64,000 bases of DNA from Planotetraspora sp. GP83 (GCF_041262585.1 NZ_JBGCBZ010000002.1:1-64000), one strand, 5' to 3'. Shown: positions 35,109 to 46,101, numbered from the stretch's first letter. Numbers and translations: made by a program. Notes: generated by a model not told the origin, from the sequence alone.

Positions 35109-36050
35109 TTACGCGAACCAGGTGATCGCCTGGCCGTGCGACCGGGTCCAGGCGAGCGGCGTCCCGTCCAGCGCGAGCACGTTGTGCAGCACCGCGCCTG
35201 GCGGCTTCGGCAGCGCGTCGTACGGCAGCACGTCAGGGGCCTCGTTCGCGATCCAGTGCCCGGGTAGCGCGCGTACGACCCCGGTGAACGCCTCCCGCCG
35301 TGGCGCCGGCACCTGGTACATCACGGAGGTGTGGAACACCACCAGCGTCGCGCCGGCCGGTGCCCGCGCGGCCAGCGCCGGGAGGTCGTCCACCAAGTCG
35401 CCGCGCACGAGTAGCGGCGGATCGGCCGCGGCTACGGCCGCTGCGGCCCGCAGCCGGGCGCGGCGTTGTGCGTGCTCCGGCCAGATCAGGGCGTCGAGCC
35501 ACGCGACGTCCGCGGAGTCGGTCACGTCGAGCGGGTTCAGATCCAGGCCGGCCCGCCACACCACATCGGGTACGCAGGCCGGCGGCGCCACTCCGGTCGC
35601 CGCGCAGTCGAGGACCGGTTCGCCAGAGCCGATCATGTGTTGCCCGTAGCGGTAGGCGTACCGGTCGGGGTAGAGGCACAGCCCGGCGGACGCGCCGACC
35701 TCCAGCAGCGCGAGCGGCTGCGGCAGCGCGGCGAGCACTGGCAGCAGTACGGCACACCGCCCCGCCTCGTTCGTCTGCGTGGCCCGGGTGCCCATCTCCG
35801 CCTCGATCGCCGGCCAGTTCGCCACCGTGTAATCGTGGAACGCGGCCGGGTCATCGACCGGGCCGCCGAGGAACCGTACGACACCGAACAGCAGGTTCGG
35901 CTGCCGCTTGATCGGCGGAAGCGTGCCGAGCAGGGCGAGCACCTCGTCGTCGCGGGAGACCGCGAGAGACAGGCGCTCGTACGCGGCTGACACGCCGTGC
36001 GCCTCGCGCGCGGCGAACTCGGCGTATTCCGCAGCGGTCGTCATGTGCAA
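35109..36050 (-). CDS. DUF2332-family protein (uncharacterised)
   Basis: 313 aa. N-terminus TAAEYAEFAAREAHGVSAAYERLSL... resembles DUF2332 proteins of actinobacteria. Confidence 0.5.
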   Translation of the reverse strand: MHMTTAAEYAEFAAREAHGVSAAYERLSLAVSRDDEVLALLGTLPPIKRQPNLLFGVVRFLGGPVDDPAAFHDYTVANWPAIEAEMGTRATQTNEAGRCAVLLPVLAALPQPLALLEVGASAGLCLYPDRYAYRYGQHMIGSGEPVLDCAATGVAPPACVPDVVWRAGLDLNPLDVTDSADVAWLDALIWPEHAQRRARLRAAAAVAAADPPLLVRGDLVDDLPALAARAPAGATLVVFHTSVMYQVPAPRREAFTGVVRALPGHWIANEAPDVLPYDALPKPPGAVLHNVLALDGTPLAWTRSHGQAITWFA

Positions 36051-36117
36051 ATGATCTTCATCGCGCGGACTCGGCCCACCAGCCGGCCGATGCGTCCCAA
36101 GGGCAACAGATGCCGAT

Positions 36118-37986
36118 TCATGCCTGGAGGCGCAGACGCTGATTGAAGTGGTGTCCGGCGCGGAACCGAGCCTCCTCCGCGCTGTAGAACCGGGCGAGCC
36201 TGGTCAGCGCCGCCTGGCTCGCTTCGGGACCGTCGTCGGCGAACGCGCGGCTGCGGGCGAAACTCCGCAGTGGCTCCTGGTAGTAGTACCGGTCCAGGCC
36301 TCCAGGCTCCAGCAGGTGCATGTCCACGAGGGATTCCAGCAGCGCCGAGGTGTCGCCGGGCGGCAGGTCCAACAGGGCCGAAGCGGCGGTGAGCGAGATG
36401 TCCGGCCCATCCGCCAAGGAGAGCAGGCGGAACGCCCTCGCCTGCGTGGGTGACAGCTGCTCCATCGCCGAAGTGTACGGCCGGTCGATGGCCGCGCAAT
36501 CCGGCGGGAGCACTGGCGAGCCAGGGTCGGGCCTGCTGAGCCGTTGCCTCGCCTCCGCGATGCTCCAGCCCGGCCGCGCGGCGATCCGCGCGCCGACCAC
36601 CTGCAGCACCTGCGGCAGGCCGGCGGTGTTCCGGACAATCTCGCGGATGTCCGCCAGCTCCGGGCGCACCCGTTCGATGCCGATGAGCCGTTCCAGCAGG
36701 GCGACCGAGTCGTCCTCGCTCAGCCCGCCCAGCTTCAGCCAGTGCACGTACGCCAGGCCGTACAGCCGCTGCCGCGCAGTGATTATGACCGTGGACCCGC
36801 CCGGGCCGGGCAGCAGCGGCCGCACCTGCTCGGTGTCGCGGGCGTCGTCCAGCACGACGAGCAGCCGGCGGCCGGTGGTCAGCGTCCGCCACAACGCCAC
36901 CCGCTCGCTGAACGACTCGGGCAGCCCCGCGTACGGCACGCCGACGCCACGCAACAGCTCGGCCAGCGGCTCGCCGGCCGCGCCGAGGTCGACGAACAGC
37001 TGACCGTCGGGGAAGCTCGCGGCGACCGCATGCCCGACGTGCACGGCGAGAGTGGTCTTGCCGATGCCGGCGAGCCCCTCGACACCGACCACCGGCACGC
37101 TCGCGTTGGACGGGGTCAGTGCGTCGGCCATACGGTATTTCGTCTCGTCTCGGCCGACGAAGTCCGGCAGGTCAGGCGGCAGCTGCGCGGGGATGCGCGA
37201 CGGAGTCATCGCCGGCGTCGGTGCGACGGGAGCGGCCAGCGCCGGGTCGGACACGAGGATCCGCCGCTGCATCTCCCGCAGGTCCGGGCCGGGGTCCAGG
37301 CCCAGCTCGTCGGCGAGCAGCCGCTGGACCTGCCCGAACACGGCGAGCGCGTCGGCCTGCCGGCCCGACCGGTACAGCGCGAGCATCAGCAGCTCGCGTG
37401 GCCGTTCCCTCAGCGGCTGCTCGGCGATCACCTCTGCCAGCTCGGCGGCCGCCTCGACGGGCCTGCCCGACTCGATGTCGGCCGCCGCCAAGTCTTCGAT
37501 CACCGTGAGCCGCAACTGCCCGAGCCTGGTGCGTTCGAATTCGGCGTACTCACCGTTGACGCCGGCGAGCGGCGTGCCGTGCCACAGATCGAGCGCGGTG
37601 CGCAGCGCGGTCGCCGCGGCGGGCGCGTCACCGGCGCGGCGGGCCTCCCTGGCGACCCCGAGCTGCCGATGGAACTCGGTGAGGTCGAGCTCCTCGGCCC
37701 GCACCGCGTAGCCGCCGCCGAGCGACTCGATCACCGTCGCCGGGTGGCCGGGATCGAGCACGCGGCGCAGCCGGGACACGTACGAGCGGACCATGCCGAT
37801 CGCGGCGGGCGGCGGAGCGCCGCCCCAGATCGCCGTGACCAGTTGGTCGGCCGAGGCGGGCGTGCCCGCCTGTAGCAGGAGGATCGCGAGGATCGCCCGC
37901 TGCTGCGGGGAGCCAAGCTCGATCTCAACGTCCCCGCGCCAGGCACGCACCGGACCGAGCAGCTCGAACCGCAGCTGTTCGCCCAC
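36118..37986 (-). CDS. AfsR-like regulator: SARP DNA-binding/BTAD + NB-ARC NTPase, no TPR array
   Basis: MGEQLRFELLGPVRAWRGDVEIELG..., BTAD, then P-loop GVEGLAGIGKTTLA and hhhhDD (LLVVLDDA). Confidence 0.85.
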   Translation of the reverse strand: MGEQLRFELLGPVRAWRGDVEIELGSPQQRAILAILLLQAGTPASADQLVTAIWGGAPPPAAIGMVRSYVSRLRRVLDPGHPATVIESLGGGYAVRAEELDLTEFHRQLGVAREARRAGDAPAAATALRTALDLWHGTPLAGVNGEYAEFERTRLGQLRLTVIEDLAAADIESGRPVEAAAELAEVIAEQPLRERPRELLMLALYRSGRQADALAVFGQVQRLLADELGLDPGPDLREMQRRILVSDPALAAPVAPTPAMTPSRIPAQLPPDLPDFVGRDETKYRMADALTPSNASVPVVGVEGLAGIGKTTLAVHVGHAVAASFPDGQLFVDLGAAGEPLAELLRGVGVPYAGLPESFSERVALWRTLTTGRRLLVVLDDARDTEQVRPLLPGPGGSTVIITARQRLYGLAYVHWLKLGGLSEDDSVALLERLIGIERVRPELADIREIVRNTAGLPQVLQVVGARIAARPGWSIAEARQRLSRPDPGSPVLPPDCAAIDRPYTSAMEQLSPTQARAFRLLSLADGPDISLTAASALLDLPPGDTSALLESLVDMHLLEPGGLDRYYYQEPLRSFARSRAFADDGPEASQAALTRLARFYSAEEARFRAGHHFNQRLRLQA

Positions 37987-38054
37987 CAGACCTCCTCGGG
38001 AACCGACCGCACACTCAAGCGCCGCAACCGCCGGCGTACGGCCGATATTCCGGG

Positions 38055-38672
38055 TCAGCCCGCATCGAGGAGGTCTTCGAACGGCGTCGGCTCGAACGGA
38101 TCTCGGCCAACCGGCGCATCTCGTCGGTGGATCTCCGCGGCGAGCTGAGCCGCGGCCCGGTCGATCCGGCGGGCCAGCAGGTCCGGGGCGGCCGCGCCGC
38201 CCCAGTCCTCCGGCGCCGCGAACACCGAGGTCGGCACGACCACACCTCGCAGATAGGTGAACAACGGCCGCATAGCGTGCTCCAGCACGAGCGAGTGCCT
38301 CGCGGTGCCGCCCGTCGCGCCGATCAGCACCGGCTTGTCCGCCAGCGCCTCGCCGTCCAACATGTCGAGGACGTCGAAGAACGTCTTGAACATTCCACTG
38401 TAGGAGGAGGCGAACGTGGGAGTCACGGCGATCAGCCCGTCGGCTCCGGTCACCGCGTCGAATGCGTCCCGGAGCTCCGGGGCGGGGTAGCTGCTGACCA
38501 GGTTGTTGACCAGGTCGTGCGCGTGGTCGCGGACCTCCACCACGCGCACCTCCACCTCGTCGCCCACCTGGCGCAGCTCCCGCTCCGTGGCCGCGGCCAG
38601 CCGGTCGGCGAGCAGCCGGCTCGACGACGGGCGGCCGAGCCCGGCGGACACAACGGCGATGGTGCGCTTCAT
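38055..38672 (-). CDS. NAD(P)H-dependent FMN reductase
   Basis: MKRTIAVVSAGLGRPSSSRLLAD... flavodoxin-like fold, typical partner of LLM monooxygenases. Confidence 0.75.
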   Translation of the reverse strand: MKRTIAVVSAGLGRPSSSRLLADRLAAATERELRQVGDEVEVRVVEVRDHAHDLVNNLVSSYPAPELRDAFDAVTGADGLIAVTPTFASSYSGMFKTFFDVLDMLDGEALADKPVLIGATGGTARHSLVLEHAMRPLFTYLRGVVVPTSVFAAPEDWGGAAAPDLLARRIDRAAAQLAAEIHRRDAPVGRDPFEPTPFEDLLDAG

Positions 38673-39754
38673 CAGGCTCTCGCCGCCTTCAGTGACTCGT
38701 GCGTCGGCGCGTCCGGGATGTGCGCCGGACGCACCACCGCGAACTCCTTACGGAGCACGGGGACGACTTCCTCGCCGAGGAAGTCGATCTGCTCCAGCAC
38801 CGCCTTGAGGGGCAGGCCCATGCCGTCCACATTGAACAGCTGGCGCTGGTAGTCGCCGAAGTGCTCCCGGAACCGGAGCGTCGTGTCGATGACCTCCTGC
38901 GGGCTGCCCACCACCAGCGGCGTGTACTGCATGGTCTCCTCAAGCGACGGCCCGCTGCCGTACGCCGGGGAGCTGTCGAAGTACGGGCGGAACTCGGCGA
39001 TCGCGTCCTGCGATCTGCGCCGCATGAACACGTGCCCGCCGAGCCCGACGATCGCCTGGTCGGCCGGTCCGTGCCCGTAGTGCTCGAAGCGCGTGCGGTA
39101 CAGATCGATCATCTGCCGGGTGTGCTCTATCGGCAGCAGGACGTTGTTGTGGAAGAACCCGTCGCCGTAGTAGGCGGCCTGCTCGGCGATCTCCGGGCTG
39201 CGGATCGAGCCGTGCCAGACGAACGGCGGCACGTCGTCGAGCGGGCGCGGGGTCGAGGTGAACGCCTGAAGCGGCGTGCGGAACTTACCCTGCCAGTCGA
39301 CCACGTCCTCACGCCACAACTGGCGTAGCAGCGCGTAGTTCTCCACCGCGAGCGCGATCCCGTCGCGGATGTCCTTGCCGAACCACGGATACACCGGGCC
39401 GGTGTTACCGCGGCCCAGAATCAGGTCGACCCGGCCGTCCGCGAGGTGCTGGAGCATCGCGTAGTCCTCGGCGATCTTCACCGGATCGTTCGTGGTGATC
39501 AGCGTCGTCGACGTCGACAGCAGGATCTCGCTGGTCCGCGCCGCGATGTAGCCGAGAATCGTGGTGGGCGACGACGGGACGAACGGCCGATTGTGGTGCT
39601 CTCCCATCGCGAAGACGTCGAGGCCCACCTCCTCCGCCTTCAGCGCCATCTCGACAAACCCCTTGATCCGCTCGTACTCGGTCGGCGCGCGCCCGGTCGT
39701 GGGATCGGGCACGATGTCGCCGACCGTGAAGATGCCGAATTGCATGGCTTTCAT
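38672..39754 (-). CDS. LLM-class (luciferase-like) flavin-dependent monooxygenase
   Basis: MQFGIFTVGDIVPDP..., TIM-barrel LLM signature regions. Stop/start adjacent to the FMN reductase. Confidence 0.75.
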   Translation of the reverse strand: MKAMQFGIFTVGDIVPDPTTGRAPTEYERIKGFVEMALKAEEVGLDVFAMGEHHNRPFVPSSPTTILGYIAARTSEILLSTSTTLITTNDPVKIAEDYAMLQHLADGRVDLILGRGNTGPVYPWFGKDIRDGIALAVENYALLRQLWREDVVDWQGKFRTPLQAFTSTPRPLDDVPPFVWHGSIRSPEIAEQAAYYGDGFFHNNVLLPIEHTRQMIDLYRTRFEHYGHGPADQAIVGLGGHVFMRRRSQDAIAEFRPYFDSSPAYGSGPSLEETMQYTPLVVGSPQEVIDTTLRFREHFGDYQRQLFNVDGMGLPLKAVLEQIDFLGEEVVPVLRKEFAVVRPAHIPDAPTHESLKAARA

Positions 39755-39757
39755 CCC

Positions 39758-40702
39758 TCAGCTCGTGAACTTGTCGTGGTTGGCGGCGAGCCAGGTGGCG
39801 AAGTCCTGCAGCCGCGGGTTGAGCTCCCGCACCTTTTCGGGGTCGCGGACGCCGGCGAACACGTCCTCGTGCTCGGCGTAGAAGAAGAACATGTTCGCGG
39901 CCTCGTCGGCGATCGGGGACGGCCACCCGCGGACCACGTCGAGACTCGCCGGCCGGTAGAGGACGGGCTCGCCGAGCTCTTTGCTGAACGCGGCGGCGTA
40001 CTCCTCGCCGGTCAGGTTCTCGCCGGAGATGTTGATCGTCTGCCCGACCAGCTCCGTGCCGCGCTTGAAGATGCCGAACGCGGTGCGGCCGATGTCCTCG
40101 GACGCGATCCCGGGGAGCTTCCGGTCGCCCATCGGGAGATTGATCGCGAGGGTGCCGTCCTCACCGCGCGCCGGGCGGAATAAGTCGAGGAACGCCTCGA
40201 AGTAGAACGTGGTGGACAGGAACGTGGTCGGCACACCCGCGTCGGTGAAGAACGAGTCGGCCTCGCCCTTGCCGTCGAAGTGCGGCACCTTGTACTTGCC
40301 GTGCAGCGTCGGGACGCGATCGTCGTGGAGCGGGATGTGCTCGCGGGTGTCGGGCAGCGTCGACCAGATGACGTGCTGGAGCCCCGCGGCCTTGGCGGCC
40401 GCGGCCATCGCGCGGGCCTGGGCCTGCTCACGCTCGACGGACTGCAGCTCCCAGAACGCGGTGACGAAGTAGGCGCCGTACGCGCCCTGCAGTGCCCTCG
40501 TCAGGCCTGCCTCGTCGTCGGCGTCCGCGGCCACGACCTCGGCGCCGCGGTCGGCCAGCGCCTTCGCGGCGTCCGAGTCGGGCCGCCGCGTGAGCGCGCG
40601 GAGGGCGAACCGTCCCGCCGGGTCATCGAGGATGGCACGGGCCAGACCGCCACCCTGCTGGCCGGTGGCGCCGACCACGGCAATGATCTTCTTGTCGATC
40701 AT
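39758..40702 (-). CDS. NmrA-family NAD(P)-binding protein
   Basis: KIIAVVGATGQQGGGLARAIL... Rossmann motif; NmrA-like length and pattern. Confidence 0.75.
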   Translation of the reverse strand: MIDKKIIAVVGATGQQGGGLARAILDDPAGRFALRALTRRPDSDAAKALADRGAEVVAADADDEAGLTRALQGAYGAYFVTAFWELQSVEREQAQARAMAAAAKAAGLQHVIWSTLPDTREHIPLHDDRVPTLHGKYKVPHFDGKGEADSFFTDAGVPTTFLSTTFYFEAFLDLFRPARGEDGTLAINLPMGDRKLPGIASEDIGRTAFGIFKRGTELVGQTINISGENLTGEEYAAAFSKELGEPVLYRPASLDVVRGWPSPIADEAANMFFFYAEHEDVFAGVRDPEKVRELNPRLQDFATWLAANHDKFTS

Positions 40703-41015
40703 CGGGACCTACTCCCCTGGTCACCTGCGATCGGTCGTTCCGATCACGTCCCCATGGAAGCGCCGCGGCATTGACACCTCGTGCACGTCTGCTTCATGTG
40801 CCGTCCACGCCTGTCGCGCCGCCTTGCCGCAGTCGCGAAGTCTGGTGTGTGTGTGCGTGACACCGGCGCCATGGCGGGCACCATCAACATCAACAGCATC
40901 ATCCGCGGGCGCTTCCAATCCGCCTCGCTCGCCTATGCGGCCTTCGCTCCCACCGCCGGCCGGGCATCGAGCTCGACGCCCCACCGGTCCGGGTGGGCGG
41001 CACGCCGATGGGGGG

Positions 41016-42612
41016 TCATGACTCCTGCGGAACCTGTAGCGCAGCCAGATTGTCGCGCGTTATCCGCGTGTAAGGGTGATCACAACCGAGCACCCTTTCC
41101 ATCTCCGTGATCGTCTGCTTGTAGAGCGCGGTCGCCCCATCCAGCCTGCCCGCCGACCGATACGCCCCCGCGAGATTGCTCTTGGACATCAGCGTGTCCG
41201 GGTGATCCGCCCCGAGCACCCGCTCCCGGTCCGCCAGCGTGCGCTCGTGCAACCCGATCGCCTCGTCCGACCTCCCCGCCGACCCGTAGGCATTCGCCAG
41301 GTTGTTCTGCGACATCAGCGTGCAGGTATGGTCCGCACCAAGCACCCGCTCCCGGTCCGCCAAGGTCCGCTCGTGCAACCCGATCGCCTCATCCAGCCTG
41401 CCCGCCGACCAATACGCCCCCGCGAGATTGCTCTTCGAGGTCAGCGTGTCCGGGTGATCGGCACCCAACAGGCGATCCTGATCTGCCAGCGTCCGTTCGT
41501 GCAACCCGATCGCCTCGTCCAGCCTGCCCGCTGACCGGTACGCATAAGCCAGATTGTTCCGCGACATCAGCGTGTCCTGATGATCTATCCCGAGCACCCG
41601 CTCCCGGTCCGCCAAGGTCCGCTCGTGCAGCCCGATCGCCTCATCCAGCCTGCCCGCCGACCGATACGCACGGCTGGGCGTAGCTCAACCGAGGCGGGCC
41701 GACGATGCGGGTGGCAGCCAACGCCAGTGCCAGGGGCAGGTGATCCACCTCGTCGATGAGCGCCCGGGCACCGGGACCGTCGGCCGGGCCCACTCGCTCA
41801 TGGAGGAACGCCAGAGCCTCGTCGGTGGTGAAGCGGTCCACGGGGACCATGTCGGCCAGGGTGCCGAACTCCTGACGATTGGTGGTGATGAGCACCTGAG
41901 CATGGCCGACAGTCGGCAGATATTCGCTCAGCAGGTCGGGGTCCACGGCGTTGTCGAAAATAATGAGGTACGGCACGCGGCGGCCTTCGAGCCATTCCCG
42001 CACCCGATGCCCAGTACGGATGGAGTCCTCACCCAAGATGCGGATATTGAGCGCTTGGGCCATCGTGTCAAGACCGCTGAACAGTTGTTCCTGCGTTTCC
42101 GCCGTAAGCCAGGCGACCGGAACACCCGAGTCCAGCGACGATCGCGCATAAGCCGCGGCAAGCTGCGTTTTGCCGACTCCACGCGCTCCGGTGAGCGAAC
42201 ACACGGCCGCTGGACGACCTCCCGCCAGCGCCTCGCCGATTCGCTCCATCAGGTCGGTTCTCCACTGGAACGCCTTGGGCGCCCGAGGCAGATATCCGAT
42301 CAACGGCGGCACACCGGCAAGCTGCGCGGCTCCTACGTCCAATGCGAGCGGTGTGCCTTCGGGAGTGAATTGAGGTGGATCCGCCGGCGCTTTCTCCTCA
42401 GCGAGGTCAAGGCGTGAACGGCGGCCGACCCTCTCGGAGGCCTCCTTGCCGACCCAGAGACTCGTCGGAGTAGCCAGGACTCCGACCACCAGACCCACGA
42501 TGATGCCGGTCTCATCCAGTGCGAGGCCGTACACGTCGCAGACCCACCAGGAACCTATGGCGGCGAGCACTGGTAGGACCGTGGCGACCAGCACCCTCAG
42601 CGCCCGTCGCAC
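41016..42612 (-). pseudogene. TM-anchored NB-ARC + TPR STAND protein split by a frameshift near 41641-41685 (NB-ARC ORF 41641-42612, TPR ORF 41016-41684)
   Basis: NB-ARC part has a TM helix, P-loop GARGVGKTQLA and LIIFDNA. The TPR reading frame continues without a start codon upstream to 41684 (..ATPSRAYRSAGRLDEAIGLHERTLADRERVLG..) and overlaps the NB-ARC stop at 41641-41643 in a different frame. Confidence 0.6.
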
Positions 42613-42788
42613 TGTTCATCACCGCCCGGGAACCCGCCTGTATGCCGTGACAACGGGCTCGTGCGAGCCCAAGTTCCCCCCGACGTCAGCATAGGGCGGC
42701 GAGTCACCAAGGTGAAGGTCACCAACGGCGGGTCTCAGCCGGCCGGCGGCCCGGTCGTGGGCCGTTGCCGCAAGGGAGAGTCAGCCTG

Positions 42789-43463
42789 TCACGACGGCGG
42801 CAGGCCGAAGAGTGTGAAGAACCGCTGCCCCGCGGCCTGGTCCCCGGTCACCTCCAGGACCCCCGCGTCGACGGCCGACGCGACGGTCGCGTCAGTGAAG
42901 ATCAGGCTCAACAGCGTCGGGACGTCGGCGCGGGCGGTGGCGTCCACGTCCGCGCGCGCCCCTCGCACGACGCTGATCGACGCCGGCTCCACCTCGACAT
43001 CGAACGAGTCCACGCCGACGAGGAGACGGACGGCCATCGTCGGGACTCCGTCCGCGGGCGGGAGATAGAGCGCCTTCAGCAGCAGCATGAAGGCGTCGGT
43101 GCTCATGTCGGCACCGTCCTTCCCCTGGATGTGCGCTCCCCAGCGGGCCAGGGCGATCAGTACGGCCTCCAGTTGCCGTCCTCGCTCCGTGAGCTCGTAC
43201 ACGTGCGTGCTCACTGGCGGGCCGAGCTCCACCCGGCGCACGACGCCGTTCCCCTCCAGCTCCCTGAGTCGCTGGCTCAGCACGTTCTGGCTCGCCTTCG
43301 GCAAGCCGCCGCGCAGGTCCCTGAAGCGCTTGGGGCCGAACATCAACTCGCGGGCGATCAGCAGGGCCCACCGCTCACCGATGACGTCCATGGCGAGGGC
43401 GGCTCCACAGGCGTCCTCATAGCTCCTCTGCGACACAGATCGAGGATACGCACGAGCACTCAT
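42789..43463 (-). CDS. HxlR-family winged-helix transcriptional regulator with a C-terminal extension
   Basis: ...CGAALAMDVIGERWALLIARELMFGPKRFRDLRGGLPKASQNVLSQRLRELEGNGVV. Confidence 0.7.
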   Translation of the reverse strand: MSARAYPRSVSQRSYEDACGAALAMDVIGERWALLIARELMFGPKRFRDLRGGLPKASQNVLSQRLRELEGNGVVRRVELGPPVSTHVYELTERGRQLEAVLIALARWGAHIQGKDGADMSTDAFMLLLKALYLPPADGVPTMAVRLLVGVDSFDVEVEPASISVVRGARADVDATARADVPTLLSLIFTDATVASAVDAGVLEVTGDQAAGQRFFTLFGLPPS

Positions 43464-43507
43464 CAGTGCTACTCTCGCACTCATTGGTCCTAATCTAGGA
43501 GTAAGCA

Positions 43508-44230
43508 ATGGACGCACTGCTTGAAAAGGTGCTCGAAGCCCACGGCGGGCTCGACCGCTGGAAGAACCTCTCGACCATCAGCGCACGGATCACGTACGGT
43601 GGCCCATTCTGGGAGTTCAAGGGCCACGCCGACTTCGCCGGCGCCGACACCCTGGAGGCGAACCTCCAGGAGCAGCACTCCCGCCAGGTCCAGGAGTCGA
43701 CCGGCCGCACGGTCGTCTTCGACAAGAAGGCGAACCGGATCACCGTCACCGGAGCGGACGGCGAGATCATCGAGGCGCTCGACGACCCGCGCGCGAGCTT
43801 CGACGGCTACACCCCGGACACCAGGTGGAGCCTCGCGCGGATCGCCTACTTCCGCAGCTACGCCACCTGGCACTACCTGGTCGAGCCGTACGTCTTCACC
43901 TGGCCCGGCGTCGATGCGCATGAGGTGGAGCCGTGGACGGAGAACGGGCAGACCTGGCGCGTCCTCAGCGTGACCTTCCCCGACTCGATCGACACCCACT
44001 GCGAGACGCAGCTCTACTACTTCGACGAGGCCGGTCTGCTACGCCGGATGGACTACCAGCCCGTCGTCAACGGCCAGACGCCGGTCGCCCACTACATCCG
44101 CGAATCCCGGACGTTCGACGGGATCACGGTGCCGATCAAGCGGCACATCCACGTCCGTAACGAGGATCGGACACCGGACCTGTCGTGGATCCCGATCACA
44201 CTGGACCTCGGCGAGGTCAGGTTCAGCTGA
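43508..44230 (+). CDS. hypothetical protein, divergent from the HxlR regulator
   Basis: 240-aa ORF with normal codon usage and no motif I recognise. Confidence 0.4.
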   Translation: MDALLEKVLEAHGGLDRWKNLSTISARITYGGPFWEFKGHADFAGADTLEANLQEQHSRQVQESTGRTVVFDKKANRITVTGADGEIIEALDDPRASFDGYTPDTRWSLARIAYFRSYATWHYLVEPYVFTWPGVDAHEVEPWTENGQTWRVLSVTFPDSIDTHCETQLYYFDEAGLLRRMDYQPVVNGQTPVAHYIRESRTFDGITVPIKRHIHVRNEDRTPDLSWIPITLDLGEVRFS

Positions 44231-44468
44231 CGGGCTGACGCCGGCCTCGCGAGCAGGCCGCGCGCGAGACTCGAACAACTCCTCGTACTGCCCGAGGTCG
44301 AAACCGAACAGCGGGAACGACTCCGTGAAGGAAACCACGGCCGAGGATGATCTCGGCCCGGCCCTGGGACACACCGACAGCCTCGGACCGACGCCTCCTT
44401 GCCACCGTTTGGGCGCTTTCATATGGTGTCGGGAAAGCGGTTTCCGAGGCGGCGCGGAAGAGGACAGC

Positions 44469-46073
44469 ATGGAACAGGCCGAGGTTCTGATCATCGGTGC
44501 CGGGGCGTCGGGCGGTGTCGCGGCCGCCGCGCTCGCGGACGCGGGTTTCGATGTGCTGTGCCTCGAACAGGGCACGTGGCCCGACCGGGCCGACTTCCCC
44601 GCGCAACGGATGACCTACGAGCTCGAGGCCCGCAAACAGTGGTCGGGCAGCCCGAACGTACGGCGGAACGCCGCCGACTACCCGATCGACGACGGCGACT
44701 CCGACATCGTGCCGCTCATGTACGCCGGTGTCGGCGGCAGCATGACCCTCTATGCGGCGGACTGGCCCCGGCTCCTGCCGTCCGACTTCCGGGTCCGGTC
44801 GCTCGACGGCGTCGCCGACGACTGGCCGCTGCGCTACGCGGACCTGCGGCCCTATTACGAGCGCACCGACGTGGCCTTCGGGGTCTCCGGTGCCGGCGGC
44901 GACCCGGCCTACCCGGATGGGGCGGAACCGCCGCTGCCGCCCCTGCCCATCGGGCAGACCGGGCTGCGGATGGCCCGCGCGCACGACCGGCTCGGCTGGC
45001 ACTGGTGGCCGGCGGCGCAGGCCGTGCTGTCGGCTCCCTACGCCGGACGCCGGCCGTGCGTCCAGTACGGCGCGTGCATGCAGGGCTGCCCCGAAGGCGC
45101 CAAGGCGTCGACCGACCTGACCCACTGGCCGGCCGCCATCGGCAGGGGCACCCGGCTCATCACGGAGGCGCGGGTGGCCCGCATCCTCGTCTCGCGCCAG
45201 GGCCTGGCGACCGGCGCGGAGTTCGTCCGTCCCGACGGGTCGTGGGACATCGCGCGCGCCGACGTCGTCATCCTGGCGGCCAACGCGGTGGGCACGCCCC
45301 GGATCCTGCTCAACTCCGCGTCGCCGCTTCACCCGCAGGGCCTGGCCAACTCCAGCGGCCTGGTGGGGCGGCGGCTGATGGTGCACCCGTTCGCGAACGT
45401 CCTGGGCTACTTCGACGACGACATGGCCAGCTGGAACGGGCACGTCGGCGCCAAAATCACCTGCTATGAGTTCTACGAGACCGACCCGGACCGCGACTTC
45501 GTGCGGGGCGCCAAGTGGAGCCTGGCGCCGACGGGTGGGCCCCTGAACGCCGCACTGCCCACGCGAGCCGGCGAGGACGCCTGGGGGCCGGAGCACCACG
45601 AACACGTGCGCCGCCACCTCGGCCGGACGATCAGCTGGGGCATCTTCGGCGAGGACCTGCCGGACGAGTCGAACGCCGTCGAGCTCGACTCATCGCTCAC
45701 CGACTCCTCCGGCATCCCGGCCCCGAAGATCACCTACAAGGTCGGCGCGAACTCGCGGCGGCTGCTGGACTTCCACATCGCGCGCGCCACCGAGTCGCTG
45801 CGCGAGGCCGGCGCCTATGACATCGCCACGGAGTCGCTGATGCGCTACTCCGGCTGGCACCTCCTCGGCACGGCCCGGATGGGCACCGACCCTGCGACCT
45901 CCGTGGTCGACGAGTTCGGCCGGAGCCATGACGTGCCGAACCTCTACCTGATGGACGGCAGCGTGTTCGTCACATCGGGCGGCGTTAACCCGACGAGCAC
46001 CATCGTGGCGCTCGCCCTGCGGTCGGCCGAGCACCTGATCGCCAACCGCAGGCAGCAGCGGATCCCCGCCTGA
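44469..46073 (+). CDS. GMC-family FAD oxidoreductase
   Basis: MEQAEVLIIGAGASGGVAAAALADAG (GxGxxG). C-terminal GMC signature ...GTARMGTDPATSVVDEFGRSHDVPNLYLMDGSVF. Confidence 0.85.
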   Translation: MEQAEVLIIGAGASGGVAAAALADAGFDVLCLEQGTWPDRADFPAQRMTYELEARKQWSGSPNVRRNAADYPIDDGDSDIVPLMYAGVGGSMTLYAADWPRLLPSDFRVRSLDGVADDWPLRYADLRPYYERTDVAFGVSGAGGDPAYPDGAEPPLPPLPIGQTGLRMARAHDRLGWHWWPAAQAVLSAPYAGRRPCVQYGACMQGCPEGAKASTDLTHWPAAIGRGTRLITEARVARILVSRQGLATGAEFVRPDGSWDIARADVVILAANAVGTPRILLNSASPLHPQGLANSSGLVGRRLMVHPFANVLGYFDDDMASWNGHVGAKITCYEFYETDPDRDFVRGAKWSLAPTGGPLNAALPTRAGEDAWGPEHHEHVRRHLGRTISWGIFGEDLPDESNAVELDSSLTDSSGIPAPKITYKVGANSRRLLDFHIARATESLREAGAYDIATESLMRYSGWHLLGTARMGTDPATSVVDEFGRSHDVPNLYLMDGSVFVTSGGVNPTSTIVALALRSAEHLIANRRQQRIPA

Positions 46074-46101
46074 TGGCGGGACGAGTGAAGGAGGCTGCGA
46101 A

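Noticed and set aside
40846-40860. (GT)n-like microsatellite gtgtgtgtgtgcgtg upstream of the NmrA gene
   Set aside because: Short and imperfect, and no functional context; noted only as a curiosity.
44223-45617. 464-aa minus-strand ORF opposite the GMC oxidoreductase
   Set aside because: Antisense shadow ORF with no recognisable domains.
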